Of a stretch of DNA of 64,000 nt, positions 24,061-38,185 are shown one piece after another. Below the pieces are notes generated by a model. It saw only the letters and a program-made list of their open reading frames with translations, was not told the DNA's origin and did not search any database. The first letter of the stretch is position 1; the number at the start of each line of letters is the position of its first letter. The stretch lies in assembly GCA_043228905.1 (NCBI GenBank), contig JBHGNT010000005.1, positions 5,890,001-5,954,000 on the forward strand, in the 5' to 3' direction. The position numbers were made by a program, and so were the translations under genes. Origin of the DNA: Azolla caroliniana. Lineage: Eukaryota; Plantae; Polypodiophyta.

Positions 24061-27000
24061 GAATAAGAATTCTGAATAAGAATAAGCAATGGTGTGGAGT
24101 ATAGCAGGTCGAGGGTTCGAAACCGGCGAGACCCACTTTCTTCACACTAACTCCATGGAAGCACTTCTTTGAGGGGGCTCTTCTTCTTCCTCCTCGCCTC
24201 TTCAAAAGTTAACTAAGGGCCGTACAAATGGTTAACGCGGGCAAATGCATGCCCTTTTGCTCCCTCCGAAAGCCCCCCATTTCACACTACACAAATTTCA
24301 TGACATATATCCATCGTGTTCCATCATCCCTCTGCTACCAGCAAATACTCCGTAAACTCTCGTCGTGTTGTTGTAAAGTGTAATTTCATCCAAACCTTAT
24401 ATTTGTTGACGAGGGGGAAAGAGGGGGACGTTAATACTAACAATGACAAACTAACAAATTGCTCGAAGTGGAGTAATTTCTGAGCATTGATAGCGATAGA
24501 GGGGTGTTGATAGTGATATTTTAGCATCCTTGAGGAGAGATTAATGTGATCTATGGGACCAATGGTGTGTTACAAGCGATCCATCAAGAGCCCCGCAAGT
24601 TTGCTATGTTTCTTTCGATTCTTGCATCGAAAGGGAGAAGTTACAAGGTGATAAAAGTTCCCCCATTAATATGTGGAGCCTCCCTCTAGTTGATATTTCA
24701 CTCACACCCTTCTTTTGGTACTCTTCTCTCTTTCTAAAGTTTTAAAAACGCTATACATAATTTATTCTAATTATTTTCTTGCTTTGTTCAACATTCAACA
24801 AATCCTTAGTTTCCTTCTTTTCTAATTTGCTCTACTTCCCTACAACATTGGAGTTTGTGACTATAGAGCACCCAATCCCCATTACTTGATTATGTGCATA
24901 TAAAAATGTTAGCATGTAGTTACATGATTCATCATTAAAGCTCGTAGGCATAGAATGAAGCTTTTTTATAAATATTGCATTACAATTTACATATCATGTA
25001 TTATTTATGCATGATAATAAGGGCCCTTCTTAGAGGATTTGTGAGTGAGGGATTTGGCGTCAACTGAATTGATATTAAAACACACAATGTTATGAAATTC
25101 AATGCATTGAAACATCGTTGAAGTGAAAGCTAATTATAGGTCATGCTCGACTATGATGTCCTTACTTCAACACCCTAATCACCTATATTTATCAAAGCCT
25201 AAATTGATCACGTGTATCTTCACAATGTTGCACTATGTGCATCATTCATTACAAGAAAAGAACACCTATGGATCATATTTGGCCTTAATCTCATTACTAA
25301 CATGAGTATTGCATCACATAGGGCCCTAACACTCCTTTGTACTTGGTCACACAAATTGGGTTTTGAAGTTGCATTATGGCATCAACATTCATCAAATATA
25401 AAGGCATGTACGATATGCAAGGAAAGACTAATAGAGGATGGGCATCACGATAGTTTTACATGTTCCACGTGTAGTTCAATTCACAATAGCTACGATGACG
25501 AATTAAAAGGGAGTGACGACCTTAGTGTCAGACAAAAGAGGGAACACCAAGAAGTTTGACATCATATAATATAAGTATGCCTTATTCACATATCATGTGC
25601 TCATGGGTTAATACTAGCTTCATGATCATGCAACTCTTTGAGTGCCCCATTCCCATTCCATCGTCTTTGTATATAACTTTACTTTTGTGGTGATTGGTAA
25701 ATTATGTATGGAGGTCACTTGGTTCACATCAAATAACACAGTAACAAGATTTTTGTTTATGATTTGCACCATTTCTCTTGCAATTTACGAAGTACACAAA
25801 TGTTATTGCCATTTCAAGTAAGCAAATTAGTTGGAAACCAATATATCTTCATGCTTCCAACCATATTCTAGAGTATCTTGAGCATTTTTCAACTGATTTG
25901 CATTCAAACATTGCATGACTCATTCAAATTCCCTACAAATTCTCTCCAACATGATGGTTTAGTATTTCCCACATTTCCTAATAGTTGGTTAGATCAGTCC
26001 ATGGTGTTAGTGATTTTTCTTGCAATTAGTGACAACCATTGGATATTATGATTGGGTATTGTCCTTGTGCCAAAATTCCTATGCACTTCCGCACATTGGT
26101 ACACAAAATGTGATTCAGTTGAAGCTAGATTCATATGAGACAACAAACAAGCTTTTGAGCTTCCTTTTTTCTCTTCATGTTTGCCAAGGATTTTGTGAAA
26201 CGTTGAGGGAAGCGTACGATTGTAAAAGTTGATCAAATCAACGACAACTTCAAGTCTCTCAACCAAGATCGAAATCCAAATTTTGCTAGAGGAGATCAAT
26301 GAAACATTGAGAGGCCTTCCACATAACATCTTTTGTCCGGTCCATAGGAAAGAGTAGTCATTAATAATTATTAATAGTAAATACCAGCTAAGATATGTGC
26401 TATATACCTTGGGATCACAAATTGGATATATATATGTATATACACATAGTTAATGAAGTGAATAACACACACCCTACCCTTTTTGTCTATTACCTAACGC
26501 GCACACTAACTTATCCACATGACAAAACCCAAATGCAGAATTTTCAATGAGTTGAAATTTACCATTTCCTTCCTTAATTGAGTTCCTTTCAATGGCTTTA
26601 TTTTTTTATTTCGTTTTCTTGGGTGGGTCCTCTTATTGGTCCAATAGATGATCCAACTTGGACCATTGGTTATGTGTACATAGGATTATAAGAGAATTCA
26701 TAAGACGATTTGGTTGGAATTTATGTGGGGGTTTGTGCTTAACATCTCGAAGTTAGTGGACTTCAAAATCTTCAAAATTTGATTGCTACATGTATGTGTG
26801 CTCATAAAGGTTATTCTAGTGTCTCCTCACAAAAATCATGTACAATGAAAGTAGTTTGTTGATTGGCGAAATTACTTCAAACTCTTAGTGTGTTTCCATG
26901 AATTTATGTATGCATGTTCATTCCTCCCCTTGTAAAAGTAGAAGTAAAAGTAAAAGAAGAGAAGGTAAAATCATTCAGAATCAATCATTTTGAAATTCAT

Positions 27001-28289
27001 TCTATAACCAACTCAAATATGTCACGCCTCTCCATTAAGTTGTATGTTGTCTCCCGAGTTTGATTGCATTTAAAAAAATTTAAACAATTCTTGTTCGAAT
27101 TTATGCCACTTGGACCTAGTTTTACAAACCATTCATTTTGATTGATTCACATTCAATAATATTCTACACCGTTACTTCTTCGCATCTTATAATGACGCTT
27201 TCAAGGTAATGGTTTACATGCTATTCTTTTTATTTAAATGCATTGGTTGAATTTCAGTTAATGCTTTAAAGCAACACCTTAAATTGTCAATGTTGCAGTT
27301 CACATTGGTAGATCTCAAGAGATAACAATGTTTTGTGCGTTAGTGCACTGCATAAGAAGATTAGGCATAAGGAAAGAAGATGATGGACTTGCACACACAT
27401 GAAAAGCAAGTTTGAGCCAACACCACTCCTTTCACACGGAAATCCTACCATGAAGGGGCACAAATGATACTAAGCCCCTCATATTTAGTAGTTAAATATC
27501 AATAGGTAGTATGGATCAACAAAATAATAAGGTTTTTAACATTAAAATTGAATGTGCAACCCATGGATTAAGCAAACATCTTCATAATATAGAAAAGGAC
27601 AAGAAGTTGAGAAACTCTTTCCATGAGAGGAAGAATTAGTGACGGTGTAGAACTTTGAGGAGATACAACATAACATGGAAAGAACTTGCAAAGAGACAAA
27701 CAAGATTTTGCTAAAGATGTTTTGTTGCTATAGAGAGGTCCTTATCTACCTTGACACATTATCAGTTACTTATTGACTTTAGATGTAATAAGAAGTTTTT
27801 ATCTTGTCTAGGAACCGAATCCCATGTAGTCATTCAATATGGATCCGTCAAGGGGTGCACTTTCTTGGTTTACACACATACATGATGCTTTGCCAATCAT
27901 CGGGCTGGTCTACATAGTTCATTTTCTGATATAAGCTTGTAATTCATGGCGGAATTAAAAACATCATGCTTGCAATATTAAAGAGCGAGTCTATTACACA
28001 AGAAGTCACACATATATATTAGATTCTAGAACATTCATATATATATTTGAAGAGCATGACTCACATTTCATAACCGAAAAAGATGGAACTCCTCCTAGCT
28101 AATTTCAACCCCAAGATGTTTATACAAGTACAACTACCACGCAAGAGAAAAACCCGAACCACTACTCATGATAATGCTCTTTACTTATAATCAACCTATC
28201 CTCTTTACTTATAATCAACCTACTATGGTATCTTATGTATGCCTTTTGCAAAATATCTTCAAGAGGTCTAAAGTAGTCACACATATTTA

Positions 28290-28500
28290 GAAAACGAGGC
28301 ACCTTTTTCCCGACCAATGACCAAACCAAACCATAGTGCTTTTTCGTCAATCACAAGCTTATCCCTTCTAGGGTCACAATGTGGTCGTTTGAAAACGAGC
28401 ATCTTTTTCCCGACCAATGACCGAACCAAACCAAACCAAACCAAACCAAACCATAGCGCTAATTGTCGATCACAAGCTTATCGCTTCGAGGGTCAGCATA
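28290..28500. repeat. Local ~104-bp tandem duplication with (AAACC)n
   Basis: CTTTTTCCCGACCAATGACC.AACCAAACC...CACAAGCTTATC.CTTC.AGGGTCA occurs twice. Confidence 0.75.
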
Positions 28501-28815
28501 TGGGTTGTAAATTGTAATTGGGTCTAGTAGAGACTCGAGAGGGACAGAGAGACAAAGACAATAGACAAAGAGAAGGTATATATAACATTTAACTTCTATT
28601 GAGAAGCCAAGAGAAATGGCCAAAATTCAATACAACTCACGGATGTCTCTACTTTGGAGAATACTAAGTACTACTAGCTATTACTACTTTTAGTAGTAAT
28701 TAATTACTATTACTGCTACTACTACTACTACTACTGCTACTCTACTACTATACATGAAGCGAATATACAACATGGCTGCCTCAATCTTAGTACTGCCTAT
28801 TACTACTACTACATA

Positions 28816-31800
28816 CTATTCCTGATAGATCAAAAATCTCATATCTTCATCATCTGTGGGCATGCAATCCTCCTGGAGACAATCAGATCTCAGCAGCTTC
28901 TTCTGCTCCCCATCGCCATCGCCATCGCCATCGCCATCGCCATCGTTCCCTTGCGGCCCTCGATGGCCACAGATCAAGACGTCCACCTGCGCAGAGAAGA
29001 CCGCATAGACGGGTCGGTGATCCGAGAATTTGGTCTCGGCACGGACATAGGCCAGCTGCTTCAGCCCACTTCCGTACCACAGGATCCTGTCGCACCTTCG
29101 CCACGACCAGAGTACAGATTAATTAGGATCATAGACATTACTGGATGCAGGATCAAATGTATGCACTTTGCTTGCCTTCTGTTGAGAGCAATCGGATTGA
29201 TTGATTGATTAATGGATTAAATCCTAAAGCATATACATATGATTACCATGCCGGCGTTCGTTTCTTGTCTCCGATGTTGATCAGCTTCGTGGTGCCTGCT
29301 TTCCCCAGCGTGTAGGAATCGGAATTAGCTCTGTACTTGTAGGTGGGCGCGAAGTAGATCCTCCCCTCATGCCATCCGCTGAACACCCGCCCCGCATCCC
29401 GTTGAATCTGTAACTGCAGAAGTTACAGTACACACTCACCATTGATTTCATGACCAACGAAATAAAACTTTAGGGCATGGATTCAGCAATGTAAAGATCT
29501 GTGAATGAAAGATTTTAAAACACCCCATATGTACATTGAAGCTTAGAAATGATATGAAACCATGGGGCAATCATGTGAAAAATGTAATGGCTAAACCTTA
29601 ATGAGGTGTTGTTTACTGATTTACCTGGTCCTTCTCTAGGAGTGCTTCCCAGTCTTCTCTGGCAAGGAGTGATCTGGTGAGGCTGGGGGACAATGCGAGG
29701 CGGTAGTTGAGGTCGCCGAGCCATATCACACGGCTGCCCGGACAACAATGCAGCCACCGAAACGAATTAAAACCCACCAATCAAGACATTACACAACATG
29801 CAGACATGGACACAATTCATAGCATCATAAAAACCAGCAGATTTTAGTACTTACTTCCACACAAACACACAGAAAATGCACACAATGTATGTATGTATAA
29901 ATAATATGTATATAGGATCATAAGCTCCTTCCTTACTCATGTTCCAAGATGCTCTCGGGCAGTACGGGCCCATGACCCGCGGACTGCTCGTGGATTCCGT
30001 GGGATCGCCGGAATTGCGTCCGCCTCAGAATCTCTGCGACGTCCGCATTCCGACGGATCTCGTCACCATCCTTCTGCCCAGAGGCAAGGTGGCTGCACAC
30101 AAAGCAGAATGTGGTTTGATGGATGCACATACTCACTGATATAGATCCCTACATTTCATAGCAAGATTTTCAAGCATAGCCAAAACAACAACAACAACAA
30201 CAAAAATAAACAAAATTGTTAGTCCAGGATCCAACTGATCATCTAGTGATTGATTCAGAAGGGGGGTGGGGGTAAAGCAAAAAATTCAACAGTAGGAATT
30301 ACCAGTTATATACATAATCCATGAATTTCTACTTGTAAATTATATCTATCTTGTTGGAATTTCATTATAATGGTTGGATACAAAGTTAGGAATTACCAGT
30401 TATATACATAATGCATGAATTTCTACTTATAAATGATGGATTCCATCTTGTTGGGATTTCATTATAATGGTTGGATACAAATCGATTAGTTCTGGGGGAG
30501 GAGTATGATTAGTAGTAGACCATACCTTGTTTCCGAGGTAACCCATGAGGCCGCACCCGATGCACGACACCTTCACATCCCGAACACTTTGGCGCAAGCA
30601 GCTTTTCACCCATACAGATACATAGAGTCCCACCATCTGCTTGCTAGCAATCATGGTGTAGTGTGACCGGCTCACGATTTCGGTCGAGCCGCACCTCGGC
30701 ATCATGTGGTCGTGATTACTGTTTAATCCGGCGGGGGACATCGGCACTGCACATGGCCGGCTTGTACTTAGTCCCATGGTGCTACTACATGCTTTAGAAA
30801 CTGAGGGAAGATTATTTCCACCAGTAGTACTCTGAGATTGATCGTCTTGGTTGAAGCTGGTTACTAATGGATCTGCCAAATCCATGGATATGGTTTCAGC
30901 CTCCAGCTGCCTAGCAGACCTGCTGCTAATAATAGGTTTAATATTGCCTGCCTGGGAGGAGGATGACCTAGGATTAGGATTGCTCATGTAGCAGCATGGG
31001 TTAGTCCTTTCGTCTAAGCCGCCCTTGTAACCGCCATTCATTTGCAGAAGGCGATCACTGCAATATGTGCAGGTGGTGCCCATGTTGTTGAGAGTCTGCT
31101 GGATGAGCTGCTGCCATCGCGCAGCTGGTGCGTTATTCTCCGCCCCCAGCACATTTCCAGCACTCAGGGGAACAACTTCTTGGAACCTGCAGAGCCAGGA
31201 GGAATCCATGGGGTCCATGAGATGATAGCATTCATAGCTTATGCATGTGATAATGGTGGTGGGGAGGACATTGGACAGGGCGGCAAAACCTCTCAGACAT
31301 CCATATGTGGTCACAACAGATGAATGGTAGCTATGATGATCTTAAATGACATACATATATCATGATGATGGCGATGGAGATGATGATAGATGAATGGTGG
31401 CTCTGATGATCTTAAATGACATATGTACATATATCATGATGATGGCTATGGCGATGGCGATGGAGATGATGATACATGAATGGTGGCTCTGATGATCTTA
31501 AATGACATACATATATCATGATGATGGCAATGGCGATGGCGATGGCGATGGAGATGGAGATGCAGATGATGATGATAGATGAATTGATATTCATAATTAC
31601 CCGATAACATATATATCAGCAGGTTCCTTCAAGCTGCCCAACCACTCCTCCAGTATGTCTGGTTTGTCGCCAGGAGGCCTCCCGCCCACGTTCCACGTTC
31701 CTACGAAAACCCTGCACACCACAATAATTTACATTTGGAAGCCAAACAATACCATCAAATACTAACACAATCATCAGATAGATTCGTTGAATTCTTTACT

Positions 31801-32966
31801 GAACTTCAGATATGTAGATTGAATGCATAGACACACAGAGCACAGCACAGAGATCGGAACCTGAAATTCTGTATATCCGTGAAATATTTTGAATCCAAAC
31901 TATCGCAGCTGCTTGAATCGTGGTCTCCATAAGATGCACCTGCCGCTGAAGATTGCCTGGGCCACTGTACTTCTTGAGAGCCTGTACAATTTATTGATCA
32001 ACCAGAGTGCTGAGATTAATCCTCATCATAATTCAGACGATCTTCATCATTAGAACAATTCAGGTAGCATATATATATATATGTATATGTGCTTATTTAT
32101 GTGAACCTGTAGATAAAGACCGCAGAAGTTGGAAATTAGCAGAAGCAGCGGCAGCAGAAGGCGCAGCACAGCTATATCGTCTATGTCGATCCCCTGATTC
32201 CAAACCGGTCCATACACCTAATAATAATAATAATAACAATAATACAGCGACTCAGATTTTTTATTAAACATTCCTGCTTTATTCTGCATAATTGTCGGAG
32301 CAGAAAATTGGATTGAATTACCAAAACACAAGTACGGGGCCAATTAGCTACTAAAGCAGCAAAACAATGATGCTATTGCAAGTAATATGCAGAGAATGTT
32401 CACAATGGATGCAGAAAATTGGATTGAATTACCAAAACACTAGTACAAGCCAATTAGCTACTAAAGCAGCAAAAACAATGCTATTGCAAGTAAATATGCA
32501 GAGAATGGTGACAATGGATGCAAACAATATTATGGGGGCTCTGACCCACCTAGCTGCTCTTCCATCAGTTGATCACTATCCATTGTACTAGTGGTGGTGC
32601 TGCTACTAGTAGTGGTATATTCCTCCTGATCTGCTTGGTGGCCCACGTGATAAGTGTGCCATCTACTCATAATCTTCTTCTTCTTCGACTTCTCCTGTTT
32701 CCGACTGATCAGCCATTTCTTGAAGGACAGCTTGTACCAATCAAACTGAAATTTAAACAATCAGCAATCAGTGGTAACAAATGGGAGCATGAATTAGCAA
32801 TTTAAACATGTAAAGCTTGTAATTTTTTTTATGTAAAGTGATCCACAAGTACGATTGAGTGAGACAGTGGGTGTTATATTTTGTGGGCTATGAATAGAAT
32901 TGAGACAGAAACCTTGCGGTTGCTGCTGTTGGGCTCCAGTTCTTTGTCTGAATCTACTAATCGCAT
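28816..32966 (-). CDS. Type I inositol polyphosphate 5-phosphatase (CVP2/5PTase-like)
   Basis: Exons 32913-32966, 32550-32730, 32107-32217, 31861-31981, 31601-31711, 30526-31186, 29937-30148, 29625-29733, 29247-29413, 28816-29095. Motifs: [111 protein letters not shown]. Confidence 0.93.
30293..30480. repeat. Intronic ~95-bp tandem duplication
   Basis: AGGAATTACCAGTTATATACATAAT.CATGAATTTCTACTT.TAAAT...TTTCATTATAATGGTTGGATACAAA occurs twice. Confidence 0.75.
31318..31585. repeat. Intronic minisatellite (~70-85-bp unit, about 3.5 copies) built on GAT/GATGGC
   Basis: TGAATGGTGGCTCTGATGATCTTAAATGACATA...ATCATGATGATGGC is repeated. Confidence 0.8.
32300..32525. repeat. Intronic ~112-bp tandem duplication
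   Basis: GCAGAAAATTGGATTGAATTACCAAAACAC...GCCAATTAGCTACTAAAGCAGCAAAA...TGCTATTGCAAGTAA...CAATGGATGCA occurs twice. Confidence 0.8.
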
Positions 32967-33449
32967 TTGGGCTCCAGCATTCAGGTGGTTGAAAAACGCA
33001 GGAGAGGAGAATCAAAGGTGGGATTGGGAAAGGAAGGAGCAGTTTTATAAGTTATAGGGCGACCAAAAATTACAGCTGAAGGAGGGAGGCAATGGTGGTA
33101 CTGGTAGCAGCACTGGTTCAGATCAAGGATATAAATTATAATTATGGATGAGATGATATGAATGATGATTTCTTTCTTCTTTGGCACTTGTTATATGAGA
33201 ACTGTGACCTAGTAAAATTTAGTACTATTATCATACATATAGGTAGGGTTTAGCTAGTACATAGCATAATTACATTATACATATATATGTATGTAAAATA
33301 CTCGATTCTAAATCAGAACGGATCTCTGTTATCTTCTTACACAGCAGGCTACTGCTATATAGGATACATACATCCTGTATTATTCTAATAATAGAATACT
33401 ACTACTTAGGAGAAGAGGAAGAAGGGAGCAGTAAATACGAACACATAAC

Positions 33450-33995
33450 ATAGACTCGTATACATACATATATATGTGTGTGTGTGTATTCGGATTGGTA
33501 TTTAATCTGTATAAATAGTCTGCATATTTAAGCTTTCTAACAGAATAATTCCTCTGCTCCTCTTGCTGCTGCTGCTGCTGCTGCTGCTGAATGTTTGTTT
33601 GTTTGTTTTACTCTTTACTAAGCGGGGAAACACAAATTAAATGCAGATCATCAGCTTGGGCTTCCCTCAAAACATGAAAGCGCAAGAGGGGGATTCTGTC
33701 TGTCTGCCTCTGTGTGTGTGTGTGTGTGCGCCTCTGATTATGTAAATTAAGAGCTAATTAACTATAAAAACGCTAGATGCTGCTGCACAGGGCTAAGAGA
33801 GATGAAGCAAATAATGACCAAGCCATGTATGTCATCATGGGTATAAGGAAATAGACACACGAGAGAGAGAGAGAGAGATAGAGATCGGATAAAGCAGGGG
33901 ATCTGCTCTCTGTCTGCCTACGTATGTATGTATGTATGGTATGTATGTATGTAAGTATGTATGTATGTATATGTATGTAGCTAGGTAGGTATGCT

Positions 33996-34029
<34 letters not shown>

Positions 34030-34371
34030 TGTATTGATTGTATGTATGAGTAGCAAGTAGGCCCATATAGCTAGTACTCTCTCTCTCTCTGTGTGTCTCT
34101 GTGCCTGCCCACCCAACAACAGATATTCCAACCGTAGAGAGGCAGGCAGGAACTCAGGGAATGGCTGAGCTGAATCTTCATAAAACTGCTTCAACTCCTT
34201 CCGCTTCTTTTTTCATGGTCGGCGTACAATTTTGTGAATGTTATGTATGTATGTACGTACGTACGTACGTACGTATGTAGAAAGAGACAGAGGGAGGTTT
34301 GCATGTATGTATGTACATATTAACAACTAACTAACAACGTCTGCATACATAGAAAGAGAGAAGAAAGATAC

Positions 34372-34422
<51 letters not shown>

Positions 34423-34617
34423 TGTGGTTTGTGTAAAAAAACAACAAATATGTACATATGTGTAATCTTCGTTTTATTGAATAGGATATTTTACTAAGAA
34501 CTATTTAGCTTAAGCTCTATTTTTATTTATTTATTTACTTTCCATGTATAAACCAATTGTCTCATGGGCCAATTTTGGCCTTAGAAGACGTTAATATATC
34601 TTTCTTTCTTTCTTTCT

Positions 34618-34661
<44 letters not shown>

Positions 34662-34756
34662 GCTGCTTCAACTTGTGACTGACTGCCACCCAGTAAAATG
34701 TTAAAACGATGGAATCCCCTCCTCCCTCTTCTTAAATGTATGTCCATGCAGATTCC

Positions 34757-34809
<53 letters not shown>

Positions 34810-34960
34810 CACTCGCAAGTCATGATTCATGACTCATGCCATGCCATGGCGTCAAAACAAAAACGTAACACACATACATATTACGCATACACACACACAC
34901 ACACATGTAATGAATCATGATGATGATGGTGGTGTATGTATGTATGTATGTATGTATGTG
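33450..34960. repeat. Dense microsatellite cluster upstream of the 5-phosphatase: (TATG)n, (GA)n, (CTG)n, (GT)n, (TACG)n
   Basis: Simple repeats are directly visible. Probably the 5' UTR and promoter of the 5-phosphatase. Confidence 0.85.
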
Positions 34961-35720
34961 AGAGTAGTCATGGCATGTGTCTCTTGTGGTCCGAGATGTC
35001 AATCCATTTGCACACAGCCTCCTCCTCCTTTGGACTTCTCTCCGTTTAAGTTTCCCAAAACTCACACCATCTTTTTTGTATCTGTGTATGTCCTCCTGGC
35101 AACGTTTTGGCCTTACATTTGCCCGCCCCCCCACCCCACATTTTCAACACCTTTGTCTTGGTAACCAATGCCGAGGTTACATACATTCGTTCGTTGCCCA
35201 AATACGTTCCGTTTTGGGAAACCTCAAGTCTTATCTCACCTCCAATTTTCATCGATTGTGCGTGTGCATGTGTCTGACACCTTAACCTCAATTGTTTTCC
35301 GTTGTAGTTAGTGCTATACTTTCTCCACTACCTCTTTTTTTTCTTTCTTTTTTTACTTGTACTCCTTGCACACCAAACCTCGGAGTTTGGAGATCATCTC
35401 TTGACCTTATTACCTATGCTTTGTCTTGATTGTATGCTTAATATATGGAGCACATTTCGGGGATAACTCGCTTGCTTTCTGTGTCTAATTTATGTGTATT
35501 ATCATAACGTTGATCTCCGTAAATGTTTAGTTTTGTGGGACATGTACATAAATTAATCCATTTATCTTGCATTTCTATGTTATTAAGTGGTGTCTCACAT
35601 GAATTCACATATATGTTGAAACGAACTTGCCCAATACTTAAAAGCCTCAAATAACTTTAACATCATGGACCCTTACTCAAAACAATCAAGTTGAGTGAGA
35701 AAATGGACTTGCTGACTAAA

Positions 35721-35752
<32 letters not shown>

Positions 35753-37034
35753 GGTAATTCTTGGCACACTTTTTTTCAAAAGTACCAAACTTTTTACATT
35801 CATTAAATATTGCTTCACTAGTTCCAACCAATCTACTCTCAATGCTTAATATTGTGATGAAATCATCCCTGACCCCGACCCTTTTTAATATGAAAGACCA
35901 TTTGAGACCGACAATAATCAAAATATGCTTCAAATAAATGTTTGTTAGGATAAGAATGGACAATGTTAAAGCCTTCAACAACATTGTCAATCAAGAACCT
36001 AAATAATTCAGCCAAATATTTTTAATACAAACCAACCAACGAATATGTGAGACACCTTGATAGAACATCCGAATCTACATTCCAAACAAGAGTTCCATAT
36101 ATGCTTATCCAACGTTGGTTGCACGGCAACAATCTCAAAAATCGATCAATAAACATGAAATAGAAATGGTTGGTGCTAGGAAGACGAGGAAGTCAATACT
36201 ATATTACAAATAAACTTAGCATATGTACCTTGCCAAATCACCTCATCCATAGTCCAAAATTGGGTGTGGTGATTCTTATGAATGTAAACCTTGTGACATA
36301 AACTCTCCATAGACCATATACTACATAACATAATACATATATTATGTGCTTCATGAGTTATCTTGATCTCTATCACATAATGTAGAAGGAATTGATGGGC
36401 TCGGAAAAATTAACTAGGCATTTGTATGTTGTTTGTAATGTGATAATATGTCAATTTCTCCCAAAATAACATAAGTTTACTTAAAAGAAACTATTGTCAA
36501 TGGGGGTGCTTCATGCAAACAAATAAACTTTTTAAGAATTGAAGCACATTTTTGTAGCCACTTTTTAGAATGCTTTTGTAACCGATCGATAGATAGCATA
36601 TCAATATGTGAGAAAAACTTTACGGGATCACAAATAGGTGAAGCAAATACAAAAGAATAGGGTGAAGATATGTTTTGGAAATAATTATGAATCGCGGTTA
36701 GGTCGAAGGAAAGGAGAAGGATATGATTGAGACGTAGCTTCATCAAATTACTGACTTGGCATTAAAGGTGACTCCTATCTACAGACAATCATGTTGTAGC
36801 AAATGTTCAGCCTTCTCAATGTTTAATTATGAAGGTGTTCTCATTTGTTTCATAGTAAAATACCATTGCTAGAATAGGCTTGTCAATGGCTTAATGTTGT
36901 AGTGCATTGAAAAGTGTTGAAGTTATATACAAGGCCCCAGGGATTTTTGCAATGTTATATTATGAATATAAGTACAAGAGGTAAAGGTCTCCGCTTCCCA
37001 CCTTTTTGAGTAATAGCAAATTCATTTATATTGT

Positions 37035-38185
37035 CTTTTTTTTCAAAAAAAAACTCCTTCCATTAGTTATAAAATTTTATAAATGAGATGATTATGTACA
37101 AATCCCTGTTGGGACGCGATAGTTCCATCTTATGTGGATGCCCACTGACTCAAGAAAGGGAGAGGACGACCATTGTTGGATGAAGGCTATTCATTGTCTT
37201 TCAACTCCATTGGAGCTGCCCTTGAGGCCATCATATTGGCTCTTTAGAGTGGCTACAATTTCACTCCATATCCCTTGTAGTAACATTGTTGGATGAGCGG
37301 TTTGGTTGGAGAAAACCCGTCTACATCGTTGTTTCCATAGAATCCAAAAAGTTATTGGGCTGACCAATTCTAACACAACTTGAGATTTGTCATTAAGAGG
37401 AGTTGAGTGGACATTGCCAATGGTGGAGAAAAAAACCTCTTGTGCTTTTATCACCAAAGTCATCCCCTCTTCCTGATGCTCGTATTTGCCAACTGGGGTC
37501 TGCCATGATAGCCAACATATATTTCCCCACTTGATTGAGCCTTGCACCTGACATAATTGCAACATGCGGCCAACCCCCCGCCATATTGGATGGGACGCTG
37601 GGCAGTTCCACAGAGCATGTCGTATTGATTCTATTGCATTTGGACACTCTACACTATTAGGAGAGCTAAGGTTCCCACGTTGCCATTGGTAATATTGTCT
37701 TGTTAAGACCATTGGTAATATCCAAGAAATATGTGCTAAGAGCCAAATTAGTGTGGTGGATATTCATACTCAAGGAGATTCAAAATTCAAATGTTCCACA
37801 AGCTTGGTGCACATCAATAAGTAGAAGACTACTTGACATGGAATAAATTGGGAAGTAGGATTGACATATGAGATTATTTTCCTATGAAACGGTTGTCCAT
37901 ATAAATGTTACAATGTTCTTGAAATGATGTTCTTTTCTGAGAACGAAATACCATTGAATGGGCTCTTAGAAAATTAGTATTGGCTGATTTGAAAGTGTAC
38001 TTTACCACAAATGATGTAGTGGAGTATGAAGGACGAACTCTATGATCAAGGACACCACCAAGGTGATATTAGACAAAGTAGTTAGAAGCCAATGTTCAAT
38101 GCAACAACACAACACCACAACAATGCCATCAATGGCCAAACTTTTATATGAATAAATAATATGTTGACTTGGATGTTCATTGTTG
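37035..38185 (-). mobile_element. LINE 3' fragment (zf-RVT region)
   Basis: ECPNAIESIRHALWNCPASHPIW and ITFWILWKQRCRRVF are typical of the plant L1-type ORF2 C-terminus. The upstream part is degraded. Confidence 0.8.

Noticed and set aside
24300-28150. Possible genes between RBM25 and the 5-phosphatase
   Set aside because: Only short, stop-ridden frames with no coherent exon chain. Probably old TE debris that I cannot classify.
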